64,000 nucleotides of DNA from a virus: positions 1-64,000 of the IMG/VR virus record IMGVR_UViG_3300029922_000013; one strand, written 5' to 3'. Below the pieces are notes generated by a model. It was not told the origin of the DNA, did not search any database, and was given only the letters and a program-made list of their open reading frames with translations. Shown piece by piece: positions 37,367 through 47,321 of this stretch; positions within the stretch are counted from its first letter, which is position 1; each line of letters begins with the position of its first letter. A program made the translations under genes and the position numbers.

Positions 37367-37523
37367 GTTCTTTCAGGCCATCATCCGTATTCTTATGAAA
37401 CAGCGCCAGTCCTTTAATTATATCATCAACGAGCGTCTCTTTAGCTAACTCTTTGTTCTTCTTAAATAATTTAGAGTCAATGACATTGTTTTTTGGTTGA
37501 TCGCCAGAAGATTGGTTACTCAT
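37329..37523 (-). CDS. Hypothetical protein
   Basis: Operon-packed, AAGGTG RBS. Confidence 0.55.
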   Translation of the reverse strand: MSNQSSGDQPKNNVIDSKLFKKNKELAKETLVDDIIKGLALFHKNTDDGLKELAELCKKDKCGK

Positions 37524-37524
37524 G

Positions 37525-38010
37525 TCATTTCACCTTTATTGCTTTAGAATTGCATGACAAAGCTTTTTCGGTAGTAGCTCCAGCCATTGCCCTAACAAAT
37601 TCCTTGGGAAAATTGATTTCCGGAATAAACAAAGAGTCTTCTCTCAAAATGCCGTTAACAGAAGCCAACTTGACATTATGCTTAGTAATCTGAAACTCAA
37701 CGTCTGCACCAGTCTGAATGCTATAGATATCGTGACCTGATTTACGAAGATCATCGGACAAAAAATGAGAGTGCTTGTCTACTAAGGCTTCTGTGTTGAA
37801 ATTTTCTGATTTACAAAGAACGGCCTGGAAGGCAGGAAACATTTTAGAAATAGTGTGTTTTACGATAGCAGGATGTGATCCTCCTGAAACAACTTTTCCA
37901 TTGACAATTCCCATCCAGAATCCACCTTTTGTGCGCACCAATTTCACGGGCTGACCATTTAGCATTCCAGCTTCTTCTACATTGTCGATATCTTCTGGTC
38001 GTAAATTCAT
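37525..38010 (-). CDS. Probable head-associated protein
   Basis: LCKSE tag; operon position. Confidence 0.55.
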   Translation of the reverse strand: MNLRPEDIDNVEEAGMLNGQPVKLVRTKGGFWMGIVNGKVVSGGSHPAIVKHTISKMFPAFQAVLCKSENFNTEALVDKHSHFLSDDLRKSGHDIYSIQTGADVEFQITKHNVKLASVNGILREDSLFIPEINFPKEFVRAMAGATTEKALSCNSKAIKVK

Positions 38011-38011
38011 A

Positions 38012-38965
38012 CTATTTTCCTCTTTTCAATTCAGGATTATCTTCTATATATCGTCTAAGATCGTCCCCATTAAGCAACGTAATTTTTTCACTCTTATTTA
38101 TTTCTTCGGCTTCTTTTTGAGCTTCCTTGCGATACTCCTCAAGAGCATCATGAATTTCTTGTAATACCGTAGGATGGGTGTCTCCAATCAGAGCGGCATG
38201 CTCGACAGCTTCATGCCTATATTCTTCAGCGTCAGTTTTCCATTTCCAGTCGCCAGTTTCTTTCAATTTTTCGTAGCAAGCAGCTGCGCGTGAAGCCCAA
38301 GTCCAAGCAGTGTCTTCTTGAATTTCAGCTAGAGTTTTTTCTGTTATATCTTTGGAGCCTTTTTTCAGATCTAGTTTAGAAGGCTTTTCTATATTAGGGG
38401 AGTAGGTTTCTAGAGTTTTAGGACCTTTTCGCAATTCTGCATTACTAAACTCAATACCTGCATCCTCGGCGGTCTTTGCTCCGGAAGCCTTTATTTTATC
38501 ATGAGTAGCCTTATCCACGCTAACATGAGCATTCCACTCATAATTTTCTTTGTGACCCAAATGATCAAACTTTTCGTGGTGCTCTTTCATTTTATCTGCA
38601 TATGCACCCTGCAAACTAATAGCATATACATCATTGCCATTACGATCTGTTAACATCTTAGGTTCTATCTTAGTTTGCTTTGGATCTGGTGGATTCATCT
38701 CAAGTGCTGAGGCAGTTTTATGGGCGTCTTCAGGCTTATCATTTTTTTTATCAAAAAACTTAATAGTAGCGTGGTAGTCAATACCATTATCTGGTCTCTT
38801 ATCTTTCCCATTTATTTTTACGGGATAGGCAAGTATAAAACCAGTTGAAGCGAGCTTGGCATATGCAGCTGGATCTTCAGCTTTTCTCAATGATTGAGAC
38901 TTGTCCATGTGAGCAATATCAGAGAGAGAATCGGAAAACATTCTTTTCCAAAGTTTATTTTTCAT
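38012..38965 (-). CDS. 2H phosphoesterase domain protein (Acb1/LigT-like)
   Basis: Two Hx[T/S] motifs, YHATI and AHVSV, ~80 aa apart; flanked by LRKAE and INKSE. Confidence 0.65.
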   Translation of the reverse strand: MKNKLWKRMFSDSLSDIAHMDKSQSLRKAEDPAAYAKLASTGFILAYPVKINGKDKRPDNGIDYHATIKFFDKKNDKPEDAHKTASALEMNPPDPKQTKIEPKMLTDRNGNDVYAISLQGAYADKMKEHHEKFDHLGHKENYEWNAHVSVDKATHDKIKASGAKTAEDAGIEFSNAELRKGPKTLETYSPNIEKPSKLDLKKGSKDITEKTLAEIQEDTAWTWASRAAACYEKLKETGDWKWKTDAEEYRHEAVEHAALIGDTHPTVLQEIHDALEEYRKEAQKEAEEINKSEKITLLNGDDLRRYIEDNPELKRGK

Positions 38966-39680
38966 TGTGCCAATCCCCACTAGTAACATGTTCCGGCATC
39001 AGGCCAGCTTTTTGATCAGCGAAAACAGTCTGGGAAGGATTTTTTCTGTTATTCTCACCATGAGGTCCAAAGTTCACCCAGTTGTTTTGGCCAGCTGTTT
39101 CGGTGAATAAAGCTCGTTGAGCTGCGGGACTGTACATCTTTTTGTGTGTTAGATAGGCTTGATGTTCGCCAGTAGGACCAAAACCAGTTTTGCCGCCTTT
39201 GTGGTGTCCGTTAATATCGTGAACTATTCTGAATACATCATTTGCTAAAAGTTTTTGGCCACCGTGGTTGAACTCAGTTGGAGCCAGCATAGGATGATCA
39301 TTTGTTTGGTCTTTGCTGCCAAAGCCTTGGTCCGTAGGAAAATACCAAAGATGCTTATTGTTTTCCACATCGTGATGCATTTCTTTAGAATTTTTATAAG
39401 GATTTGCTTGTCCAGGCTTAATTCTTGATATCTTAAGACCTGAACCTAAGATGTCTTTGAACTGTTTCCCCGTTTCATGGGTCAAAGCACCATACGCAGA
39501 TTTTACATCTGGATGAGTTGGATCGTGCTTCATGCCCTCATAAGCATTTGCTATCGCTTTCCCATGCTCAGGATTTATTTTTACTTTTGGAGCTTCCGAC
39601 GATGACGTGGTGGTTGGCTCAGCTTTTTGAACTGAGTTATTTTCGCATAAAACTGCTAAAATACCACGATCCATTCCCAT
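38955..39680 (-). CDS. HDxxGH metal-binding domain protein (zincin-like)
   Basis: NDVFRIVHDINGH...GFGPTGE..AY..H..MYS...LFTETAGQN.WVNFG. Confidence 0.6.
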   Translation of the reverse strand: MGMDRGILAVLCENNSVQKAEPTTTSSSEAPKVKINPEHGKAIANAYEGMKHDPTHPDVKSAYGALTHETGKQFKDILGSGLKISRIKPGQANPYKNSKEMHHDVENNKHLWYFPTDQGFGSKDQTNDHPMLAPTEFNHGGQKLLANDVFRIVHDINGHHKGGKTGFGPTGEHQAYLTHKKMYSPAAQRALFTETAGQNNWVNFGPHGENNRKNPSQTVFADQKAGLMPEHVTSGDWHNEK

Positions 39681-39683
39681 ATG

Positions 39684-40538
39684 TTAATATTCACCAATCA
39701 CATATCTTCTAGCAAAGATACCTTTTATTCTTTGAATTAATTCGTCTCTATTTCTAGTAAGTTCTTCAATACGAAGTGCGAATCTACGAGGACCAAGAGA
39801 GCTGGAACTTTGGGAAATACCGTCTTGGGTTTGAGATTGAGATGTAGCAAAATATAGGACAGCTATTTGGGATAGCAAGTTGATGGCAGCGTTAGTTCCT
39901 ATTAATTGATTCACAATGATTGGCACCTGTCCTTCTCTATTAGATAAACCGGACGAGTAGGTCAGCTGCCAATAGGCGGGCACTTGCCCACAGTTGCCTT
40001 GGGCACCCCAGATAGCCAAAAATGCGATCCCGGCCCCTTGATTTGTAGCCGTGATTTGGGTTCCGCTCGCACTAGTAGCGCCAAAGGCTGCGAGCAAAGG
40101 CACCACATTGACTTGACCTATGCTAAAATTTGCCGTTGTTATCCACATACTCGGAACAGTAAAGATAACCTCGTCATTAGATGCAACGATAGAAAGATCT
40201 TCAACACTTATGATTGGGCCGTGGCGGGGCTTTAGATGTATAAAAGCCTTGTATAATGAGTAATCAAAAACTAACTGTTCTTTGAATTCTTCTCTTGTTA
40301 TAGTCGTATTTAACTGAGCCTCAGTTTCATTCATGGCCATCATGATACGATCTTTTAGCTCATCATCAGTAAATCTATCGCCATTAGGAAATACTAGCGG
40401 GATACCTTTTAGGTATCTGCTCCTAAATAACTCTGGCGTAAGGAATGGTTCAACACGAGCGAGCAACCCACTCGTTTGGGAGGCATGCACCGGGTACATG
40501 CTTGTCTGAAAAGTGCGGGACCTTGAGAAATCAGCCAT
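39684..40538 (-). CDS. Putative head-tail adaptor protein
   Basis: PIISV..L, VPAYW.LTY.SG, SQSQTQDGISQS. Confidence 0.65.
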   Translation of the reverse strand: MADFSRSRTFQTSMYPVHASQTSGLLARVEPFLTPELFRSRYLKGIPLVFPNGDRFTDDELKDRIMMAMNETEAQLNTTITREEFKEQLVFDYSLYKAFIHLKPRHGPIISVEDLSIVASNDEVIFTVPSMWITTANFSIGQVNVVPLLAAFGATSASGTQITATNQGAGIAFLAIWGAQGNCGQVPAYWQLTYSSGLSNREGQVPIIVNQLIGTNAAINLLSQIAVLYFATSQSQTQDGISQSSSSLGPRRFALRIEELTRNRDELIQRIKGIFARRYVIGEY

Positions 40539-41502
40539 TTTTTTGCTCCAAAAATTCTAGGCATCTTTTGATGCAGTCTTGTTTGTCTTTTGACCATTCC
40601 TCTTCTTTAATATGAAGAATCTTAATTCCTTTAGATAAGAAGTGCGCGTCTTTAATTTGATGGTAATTTACCAGATCTTCTTTTGGCCAATCTTTGCGAG
40701 AACGACTCAAGCCTTTTACGCTATGCCAGTACTTCCCATCCATTTCTATTCCTAAATTACTTTTGTCAATAAAGATGTCAATGTCAAACCCTTTGATGTG
40801 CGGCTTTCCTTCAATTTTAACATTTACATCCCTTATTTTCCTAGCAGTTGGAATTGTAGATGTAATTGCGTCAAAAAGTTCTTGCTCACACCTAGATACG
40901 CCACCTGAACGCTTCATGTGCCCACACATTTTTGGCAAAATATTTTTTCTTTTACCGGCTCTATAAGCACTCGGACTGCTATTTTTAAATTCACTTCTCG
41001 TGTTATATTTTAAAGCTTCTGCGTAAAGATCGGCATCTGTCCAGTCTGTTCTAATGAGTCTGATCATATGTCCACAAATAAGATCCATCATATTTCTTTT
41101 TAATGCGAGGTCATAGGCTTTACGGCTGTAGTTTTCAAAATCTTTTCTGGTACCGTATTTCAAAGCTTCTTGATGCAATTGTAGATTTGTCCATTCTCTG
41201 CGTTTAAGATCCATGTGATTACAAATAACGTCTAACATCTCTCTTTTTAAAGCAATTTGATAAGCATTAAAACTATTTTTTTGAAACTCTCCTCTGGAAG
41301 TATATTTTTTAGCTTCATTTTTAAGAGCATCGAGAGGCCAAGAATAATGTTTAATTATCATATGGGTGCATATACTATCTAAAATGCCCATATTACGTGC
41401 GGCCTGATAAGCTCCTGAGCTGTGCTCGAAGAATTCGGTCCTGGTGCTATATTTTTTAGCCTCAGTATTTAAATTTTTGAATGACCATTTTTTAGTCTTC
41501 AT
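40531..41502 (-). CDS. Homing endonuclease, 4 tandem repeats plus Vsr/DUF559-like nuclease
   Basis: Paralogue of 25511; DIDIFI...GIEMDGKYWH. Confidence 0.8.
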   Translation of the reverse strand: MKTKKWSFKNLNTEAKKYSTRTEFFEHSSGAYQAARNMGILDSICTHMIIKHYSWPLDALKNEAKKYTSRGEFQKNSFNAYQIALKREMLDVICNHMDLKRREWTNLQLHQEALKYGTRKDFENYSRKAYDLALKRNMMDLICGHMIRLIRTDWTDADLYAEALKYNTRSEFKNSSPSAYRAGKRKNILPKMCGHMKRSGGVSRCEQELFDAITSTIPTARKIRDVNVKIEGKPHIKGFDIDIFIDKSNLGIEMDGKYWHSVKGLSRSRKDWPKEDLVNYHQIKDAHFLSKGIKILHIKEEEWSKDKQDCIKRCLEFLEQKNG

Positions 41503-41546
41503 ATTTTTATAATAATCTACATTGTATTAAAAGTCAACCAAATTAC

Positions 41547-41975
41547 TCAAAAGAAAAATGTATTATCAGGCAATCCAGAATCGCTCCCATCATCTGGATA
41601 TTGCACGACTAATGCCTGCTTAACATTAAATGTGGTTACATTGTTTCCTTCAAATAGTTGAAAAACAACGTTCCCCGTCTGTGGCGTTGATGTAAAAGGT
41701 ATTGACACACTGAAAATTGAACCATCGCATGTGGATTGAGCAGCTACGATAGTGAACACAGCGTTACAGTCTATGGAAGGAAAAGTAACGTTCATACCGA
41801 CTGTTACGCCCTCAACGCACCCTCCTGGGATGTACCTGAGCCCGCACTGGTCTAAATCTATCAATTGGTAGTAAAGTGTGCTAGTGTCACTAGCATTAAC
41901 TTGCCATTGATTCGCGTACTTGAAGCTGTTTATGTTTTGATAACCAACAATAGGTCTTGCTGAAAGTCTGGCCAT
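41547..41975 (-). CDS. Putative virion structural protein
   Basis: Beta-rich; late motif at 42033. Confidence 0.55.
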   Translation of the reverse strand: MARLSARPIVGYQNINSFKYANQWQVNASDTSTLYYQLIDLDQCGLRYIPGGCVEGVTVGMNVTFPSIDCNAVFTIVAAQSTCDGSIFSVSIPFTSTPQTGNVVFQLFEGNNVTTFNVKQALVVQYPDDGSDSGLPDNTFFF

Positions 41976-42082
41976 TTTATACACCCCTAAATAGATCTTG
42001 ACAAAGTCTATTATTAAAGATAAACTTCTAGTTAAAGATTGGTCTTAAACTGCTTTTAGGGCCTAAAATAGAGGTTAAATAT

Positions 42083-42472
42083 ATGAAATCTAAGAAGAAA
42101 GTACCTAAAAGTAAGCCAAAGCCAAAATCTAAGGCCAAAACACCTAAAAAGGCAAAGCCTAAGAGCAAGAAGAAGCCCGCTAAGCGAGCAGACCTAGTTT
42201 CCACTCTTATATTGCCTGCTGCTGGGAAAGACGGACAAGTGCTCTGGCTAGATCAAAATGGGGCCATGGAATGGCGTGATCCTCCGGTTAGCATAGATCT
42301 TTCTAGTAAAACCGAAGTAGCCGATGAATTAAAACGACCTTATGAAGTTCCTTTTGATGAAAACGAAGTCCTACTGAAAGATGAGCTAGTTGAACAAACT
42401 AGAGAAGAAATGACAAAATCTAGTTTTTCTTCCCGTGCGTGGAACTTTCTAGCTAAGTTGTTCTGGAGGTAA
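42083..42472 (+). CDS. Hypothetical protein with Lys/Pro-rich N-terminus
   Basis: GAGG RBS; histone-H1-like basic tract. Confidence 0.6.
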   Translation: MKSKKKVPKSKPKPKSKAKTPKKAKPKSKKKPAKRADLVSTLILPAAGKDGQVLWLDQNGAMEWRDPPVSIDLSSKTEVADELKRPYEVPFDENEVLLKDELVEQTREEMTKSSFSSRAWNFLAKLFWR

Positions 42473-42478
42473 TAAATT

Positions 42479-43159
42479 ATGAGTAAAATTATAGCATTAT
42501 CAGGCTTTAAAGGTTCAGGAAAAGATATTTGTGCTGATTTTCTTGTCAAAAATCATGGATTTAAGCGTGTGTCCTTTGCAGATGCTCTGAAGGATATGGT
42601 AGCCTCAGAGTTTGGAATAACGCGCAGTTGGCTAGATGACCCAAGCAGGAAAGAATTTCCAATTCATTGGCTCCCCGTGGAATCAAAGGACGAATTCACC
42701 AAAATGATTCACACCTTCATGGTGAGAGAATTTAAGACATTTAAGAATTTTTCACCTGATCCAGGATATGTTAGAGTTGAAAATGGCAAACTTGAATCAT
42801 TTATACACGATCGTTGGGAACAACTTTACCAGACTCCCAGATCTCTAGCTATTCTTAAGGGAAGCGTAAATCGTTCCGTAAAATCAGATTATTGGGTTCG
42901 AAAGGCGATCGAAGACATTAATTCGGTGGATGGAAAATATGTTATTTCTGATCTTAGATATCGGTCAGAAATAGACCAGCTTAAAGAAGCTTTTGGTGAA
43001 GTTCTAACGACTGTTAGAATAGAGAGATTTGATAGTAGCCCATCGTCAGATCCGTCAGAACTGGACTTGAATGATAGTAAGTTTGATCACTATCTTAATA
43101 ACAAAAAAACTAAAGAAGAAGTTTTTGCTCAACTAAAAGAAATACTTGATAAACTATAG
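42479..43159 (+). CDS. Deoxynucleoside monophosphate kinase
   Basis: IIALSGFKGSGKD, SFADALK, VISDLRY..E. Confidence 0.85.
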   Translation: MSKIIALSGFKGSGKDICADFLVKNHGFKRVSFADALKDMVASEFGITRSWLDDPSRKEFPIHWLPVESKDEFTKMIHTFMVREFKTFKNFSPDPGYVRVENGKLESFIHDRWEQLYQTPRSLAILKGSVNRSVKSDYWVRKAIEDINSVDGKYVISDLRYRSEIDQLKEAFGEVLTTVRIERFDSSPSSDPSELDLNDSKFDHYLNNKKTKEEVFAQLKEILDKL

Positions 43160-43168
43160 CTTAACTAT

Positions 43169-43206
43169 AAAAAAAGACCCATGAACTATAACATTCATGG
43201 GTCTTA
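43169..43206. terminator. Terminator between convergent genes
   Basis: AAGACCCATGAA...TTCATGGGTCTT stem with A tract. Confidence 0.75.
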
Positions 43207-43227
43207 AAACGTCAGTCTTAGATTTTA

Positions 43228-45066
43228 TTAGGTAGTTACAACCACATCGTCGAGTGTAACCGCTGTTTGAGCATATAGAGATCCGTGTACTGTGCTAGTA
43301 GTTTGGCAAGCGATGTTGGTGGCTGCCAATATAACGCCTCTGGCTACGCTGCTTACACCGAATGTGACGCTTCCAGCTACAGCCCAGAATACATTAGATG
43401 CTTGTGCTCCACCAGTAAGAACTATTTGAGCAGACGACGCCATATTTAGAGTGCTCGACAGTTGGAAAATCCAAACATCATTAACTCCGCCGTTCAATGT
43501 AAGATTACCAGTGATGGAAGTTGGAACAGTGAGTTTGTACAAACCAGGAACTAGAGTCAGACCACCCAAGGCCCCAGCACCAGGATTGGTAGCCGTTGGC
43601 ATTGTACGACCTTGAGCGTCTGTATATGCCGCACCCATTGCTGAAATGGCACTAGTCAGATTAGCTGGAGTCGGTGCGCTATAGTCTGCAGCATAGATAT
43701 CGCCAGTCACATTTGGAGCGGTAGAGAATTCTCCGCTTCCATCAAGAGTTAGAGTAAAACCGGTAATTGCCGTATGCGCAATTGGGGATACGCCCATATT
43801 CCCAGTGATTTCAGATCCCGAAGTGTCGCTAATACCAGATTCCGTGAGTATTCTGTATGTAGCTGCAGCTCCAAGATTGACAGCAGCAGGTCCAAGTGCC
43901 GTAATAGTGTAGGCTGCAGATCCAATATTAGAGTTAGAAAGACCGGCATGAGTTGCCAATACTTTTACGGTTTCACTTTGATTTACAGAAATAGGCCCCG
44001 TATAAAGAGTCGATCCCGTGGTAGGAGTACTTCCGTTTGTTGTATAGTAGAACGTTGCTCCAGTCGTAAGAGAGCTAATCGTAATCGATTGGGTTCCAGC
44101 GTAAGTTCCAGCAACTGGTGAAAAAGTTGGAGTTGCAACTTGGGAACCCCCAATAATATAAGCTGCAGACGCCACTGTAGAATTTGCAGAACCGGCTTTT
44201 ACGGCTATTGCATTGATTGGCTCGCTTGCACTTACAGTAATAGGCCCCGTATAAAGAGTACTTCCAGCCGTTGGAGTTGATCCATTAGTCGTATAGTAAA
44301 TGGCTGCTCCAGAAGTAATGGAGGTGATGGTCACTGATTGGGTTGTAGCATAAGTACCGGCCACTGGAGAAAAAACTGGAACAGCAACTGTACTAATAGT
44401 GGGAGTTGGAGAAATGGTAACGGTAGAACCACTTACAGTGGTGCTGGCGGCTGCAAGAGCAGCTAGAGCCGTATTAGTCTTAGTAGCAACTTGAGCAGCA
44501 GTGTCACTGCTGAGGATAGTCACTTCAATGCCAGTAAAACCAATTGGGGCTGGATTTGTATTAGTTCCACCAGAAACATTATACCAAACATCGTACGCAT
44601 TAGTATTTCCAGCAGTGTAAACTACGAAATAAGCACCTGGTCCAAAGTTTGGAAAGGTACTTCCTGCTGTAAACGTTGTTACAGCCATAAGCTGTTGAGC
44701 AGGTCCAACGTAAGAAGGCGCAACGCTAAATCCAACAGGCATAGAAACATTTGATGGAGGAAGTGGAAAAGTGTTAGGCGATGGAGGCAGACTAGACAAG
44801 ATTTGAGCTAACATCGCTGGATTACTAGTAAGATCGAATCCGTCCGTGATAACTTGAAGATCTGCCTGAGACAAAGTGTATTGACCTAAAATAGCGGCTT
44901 GAAAATGAGCGGCTACGGTTGCACTACAAAGAGCAACAACCAGTCTATTATAAGTAAAAGGCGAAAGGACCAAACTATTGGTGATCGCGTTAGCCAGCTC
45001 ATTACCAGCAAATACGCTTGTTAGAGCATCTTGAAGATAGATGATAGTGTTATTAGGTAGGGCCAT
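43228..45066 (-). CDS. Ice-binding-like (DUF3494) protein with two Fn3-associated/chitobiase C-terminal-like domains
   Basis: P.FSP..GTY...YYTTNGSTPT x2; C-terminal VNLG.A..Y.IL...GVSP...AYTDA.GR...PGLY...WIFQ...GAQASNVFW. Confidence 0.85.
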   Translation of the reverse strand: MALPNNTIIYLQDALTSVFAGNELANAITNSLVLSPFTYNRLVVALCSATVAAHFQAAILGQYTLSQADLQVITDGFDLTSNPAMLAQILSSLPPSPNTFPLPPSNVSMPVGFSVAPSYVGPAQQLMAVTTFTAGSTFPNFGPGAYFVVYTAGNTNAYDVWYNVSGGTNTNPAPIGFTGIEVTILSSDTAAQVATKTNTALAALAAASTTVSGSTVTISPTPTISTVAVPVFSPVAGTYATTQSVTITSITSGAAIYYTTNGSTPTAGSTLYTGPITVSASEPINAIAVKAGSANSTVASAAYIIGGSQVATPTFSPVAGTYAGTQSITISSLTTGATFYYTTNGSTPTTGSTLYTGPISVNQSETVKVLATHAGLSNSNIGSAAYTITALGPAAVNLGAAATYRILTESGISDTSGSEITGNMGVSPIAHTAITGFTLTLDGSGEFSTAPNVTGDIYAADYSAPTPANLTSAISAMGAAYTDAQGRTMPTATNPGAGALGGLTLVPGLYKLTVPTSITGNLTLNGGVNDVWIFQLSSTLNMASSAQIVLTGGAQASNVFWAVAGSVTFGVSSVARGVILAATNIACQTTSTVHGSLYAQTAVTLDDVVVTT

Positions 45067-45127
45067 GAAAAACTCCTTAAGGTTGACTGGTAATTACTCC
45101 AGTAGATATCTTGGTTTAAAGATTACT

Positions 45128-45778
45128 TTACAGATCGATAACGATGGGTAAGTTGACTGGTTTGTATTGTTCATTGCAAATCGAAGCATTTACGAATTTA
45201 ACGGTACCGTTGTCAAATACACCATATCCATCGTGGATATGACCAAAACAATGAATTTTGAGTTGCTCTAATTCTTTGATTTTGTTAGTTAATTCTTCAC
45301 ATCCTAAATTCATTATAGGATCGTGTGTTTTAACAGTATCCAAAATACCATAAGGAGGTCCATGAGTTACCAATATATCGGTGTCTATTGGTATTCTGTC
45401 CCAATGTTTTTTGATTTCCTCTCCTCTATATCTATTCCAAGCCCAATTAAAAAAGAAAGGTGTTATAGCAGAACACCAAATTTTTAAACCTTCTATTTCA
45501 ACAAGCCCTTCATCTATAAAGATGATATCTGGACAATATTCTTCAGCTATTTGTTTAGAAAAGCTAAAAGCGCTTTCCACACCTTTTTCATGGTTACCTT
45601 GTACGGATATTTTATGCTTAGCGTTTTGTTTACTAAACCACTTATGGAAGTTTTTAACTTCATGAGGTTGACCTAAAAAACTATAATCTCCACAACTAAT
45701 GAGTATGTCACACTCAGGAATTTTCAACTTATTAAATTTACAATGGACATCACTGATTATGACTATTTTTAATCCCAT
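45128..45778 (-). CDS. Calcineurin-like metallophosphoesterase
   Basis: SDVH, GD, GNHE, THGPP, FGHIH. Confidence 0.9.
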   Translation of the reverse strand: MGLKIVIISDVHCKFNKLKIPECDILISCGDYSFLGQPHEVKNFHKWFSKQNAKHKISVQGNHEKGVESAFSFSKQIAEEYCPDIIFIDEGLVEIEGLKIWCSAITPFFFNWAWNRYRGEEIKKHWDRIPIDTDILVTHGPPYGILDTVKTHDPIMNLGCEELTNKIKELEQLKIHCFGHIHDGYGVFDNGTVKFVNASICNEQYKPVNLPIVIDL

Positions 45779-45924
45779 GTTAGAACTATATCATATGTAT
45801 TCTGATTTGTCAATGTATATAACCTATTGATTTTATAGACTTTCGTGTACGGAGAGTAATAATTAACTGTAAGTACGTAATATTACGCTCGTATTGAGCG
45901 AAACCTTTTTAAAGGAGATTTAAA

Positions 45925-46389
45925 ATGATTACCAGTAATCAAAAACTTCAAGCAATTGCCCGAGATCTCGGGAACAGGCTTGCCCTTCGTTTCCAGAATA
46001 ACTCTGGTCTTAACACTATTCGGTATGCTGCAGATGCTCAAGGAGGCCAACTACTTTTCTTCTCGCATAACGGGAATGAAGCAGAAGGACAACCAGTTGT
46101 TTTGGTCTATTTGCAACAGATTTCCATGGTCAGTAATGACATTTTCGGTAATCCTGAACTTGCCTATACTCCATCGCTTTCTCAGTTCTGTTATGAACTT
46201 AATAGCGCAGGAGCACCAATTCCAGCTCAAGCAGATATCACGACCATTGAATGGGAACTTATTCCATTCGGAATGCGCCAGCAATTGGTACCAATTGCAA
46301 ACGGAACTGCTGTGACTGCAACTAGTGCAGAAGCTGCAACTCCTACGGCAGATCTTGACAACCTTTATTGGCCAACTAAGGGCGTATAA
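45925..46389 (+). CDS. Putative head structural protein
   Basis: Strong AAGGAG RBS, first gene of capsid operon. Confidence 0.55.
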   Translation: MITSNQKLQAIARDLGNRLALRFQNNSGLNTIRYAADAQGGQLLFFSHNGNEAEGQPVVLVYLQQISMVSNDIFGNPELAYTPSLSQFCYELNSAGAPIPAQADITTIEWELIPFGMRQQLVPIANGTAVTATSAEAATPTADLDNLYWPTKGV

Positions 46390-46416
46390 TTTTTTATTAC
46401 GCAGAGGAGTAAAAAT

Positions 46417-47301
46417 ATGCATACCTATACCGATAAAGATGTTGCAAAACTTATTGCGGACGTAGAAAAAGCATTTACTGCTCAATTGGCTAAAGCTGAA
46501 GACATGTCTCTTGCTAAATCTGAAGATGGTGAAAAAGACCATGAAGATAAAGAAGAGCATAAAGAAAAGCCTGAACACGAAAAACCTTTCAAACATGAAG
46601 CTAAAGACGGTGAGTCTAAGCAACATGATGACGGGGAAGAACATCATGATGGGAACGATGAGTCCCATGATGAAAATGACAAAGAACATGGTGGACAAGA
46701 AGAACACCATGAAGAAGGCCATGATCAGGGCCACGACTATGATGAAGAAGACATGCAGCACATGGAAAAAATGTACCGCTCTATGTCTCCTGGTGAACAG
46801 AAACATCATAGTGATTGTCTCGCAAAGTGTATGGGTAAGACTGAAGCTAAGCCATCAGATATGAGCAAAAATGAAAATGGAAGTCAAAAAAGGGGCAATG
46901 GCGGCGAAATGTCCGCTTGTGAACCTAAAGACAGTCCAGGTGCTAAGTCTGAAGCAAGTAAGGCCCATGGAGATAAAATGGAAAAATCAGAAAACCAAGA
47001 AGTCGAGCTACTTAAATCTGAACTCGCATCTCAAAAAGAAAAGTTTGAAGCAGTTCAAGAATTCTTGACTAAATTGGCTAAAAAAGCTGTCCCTCAAGGT
47101 AAGGCTATTACCTCACTCGATGTTATCGCTAAATCCGAAACACCAAGTGAAGAAAAAACCTTTACTAAGGCTCAGATCACCGAAATTCTTAATACGAAGA
47201 CGGCTGATCCGTCACTTAAGAAGTCTGATAGGGATGCAGTCACATCCTATTATCTCAATGGTCAGTTAAACGTTAACAGTATCAGCCACCTGCTTAAATA
47301 G
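46417..47301 (+). CDS. Prohead scaffold protein
   Basis: Charged low-complexity protein directly before MCP; about 8 K[SATN][ED] sites. Confidence 0.7.
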   Translation: MHTYTDKDVAKLIADVEKAFTAQLAKAEDMSLAKSEDGEKDHEDKEEHKEKPEHEKPFKHEAKDGESKQHDDGEEHHDGNDESHDENDKEHGGQEEHHEEGHDQGHDYDEEDMQHMEKMYRSMSPGEQKHHSDCLAKCMGKTEAKPSDMSKNENGSQKRGNGGEMSACEPKDSPGAKSEASKAHGDKMEKSENQEVELLKSELASQKEKFEAVQEFLTKLAKKAVPQGKAITSLDVIAKSETPSEEKTFTKAQITEILNTKTADPSLKKSDRDAVTSYYLNGQLNVNSISHLLK

Positions 47302-47321
47302 GCTGGCTTAATTAAAGGAGA

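Noticed and set aside
46051-46809. 252-aa hydrophobic antisense ORF
   Set aside because: Mirror of the GAA/GAT/CAT-rich scaffold sequence, not a real membrane protein.
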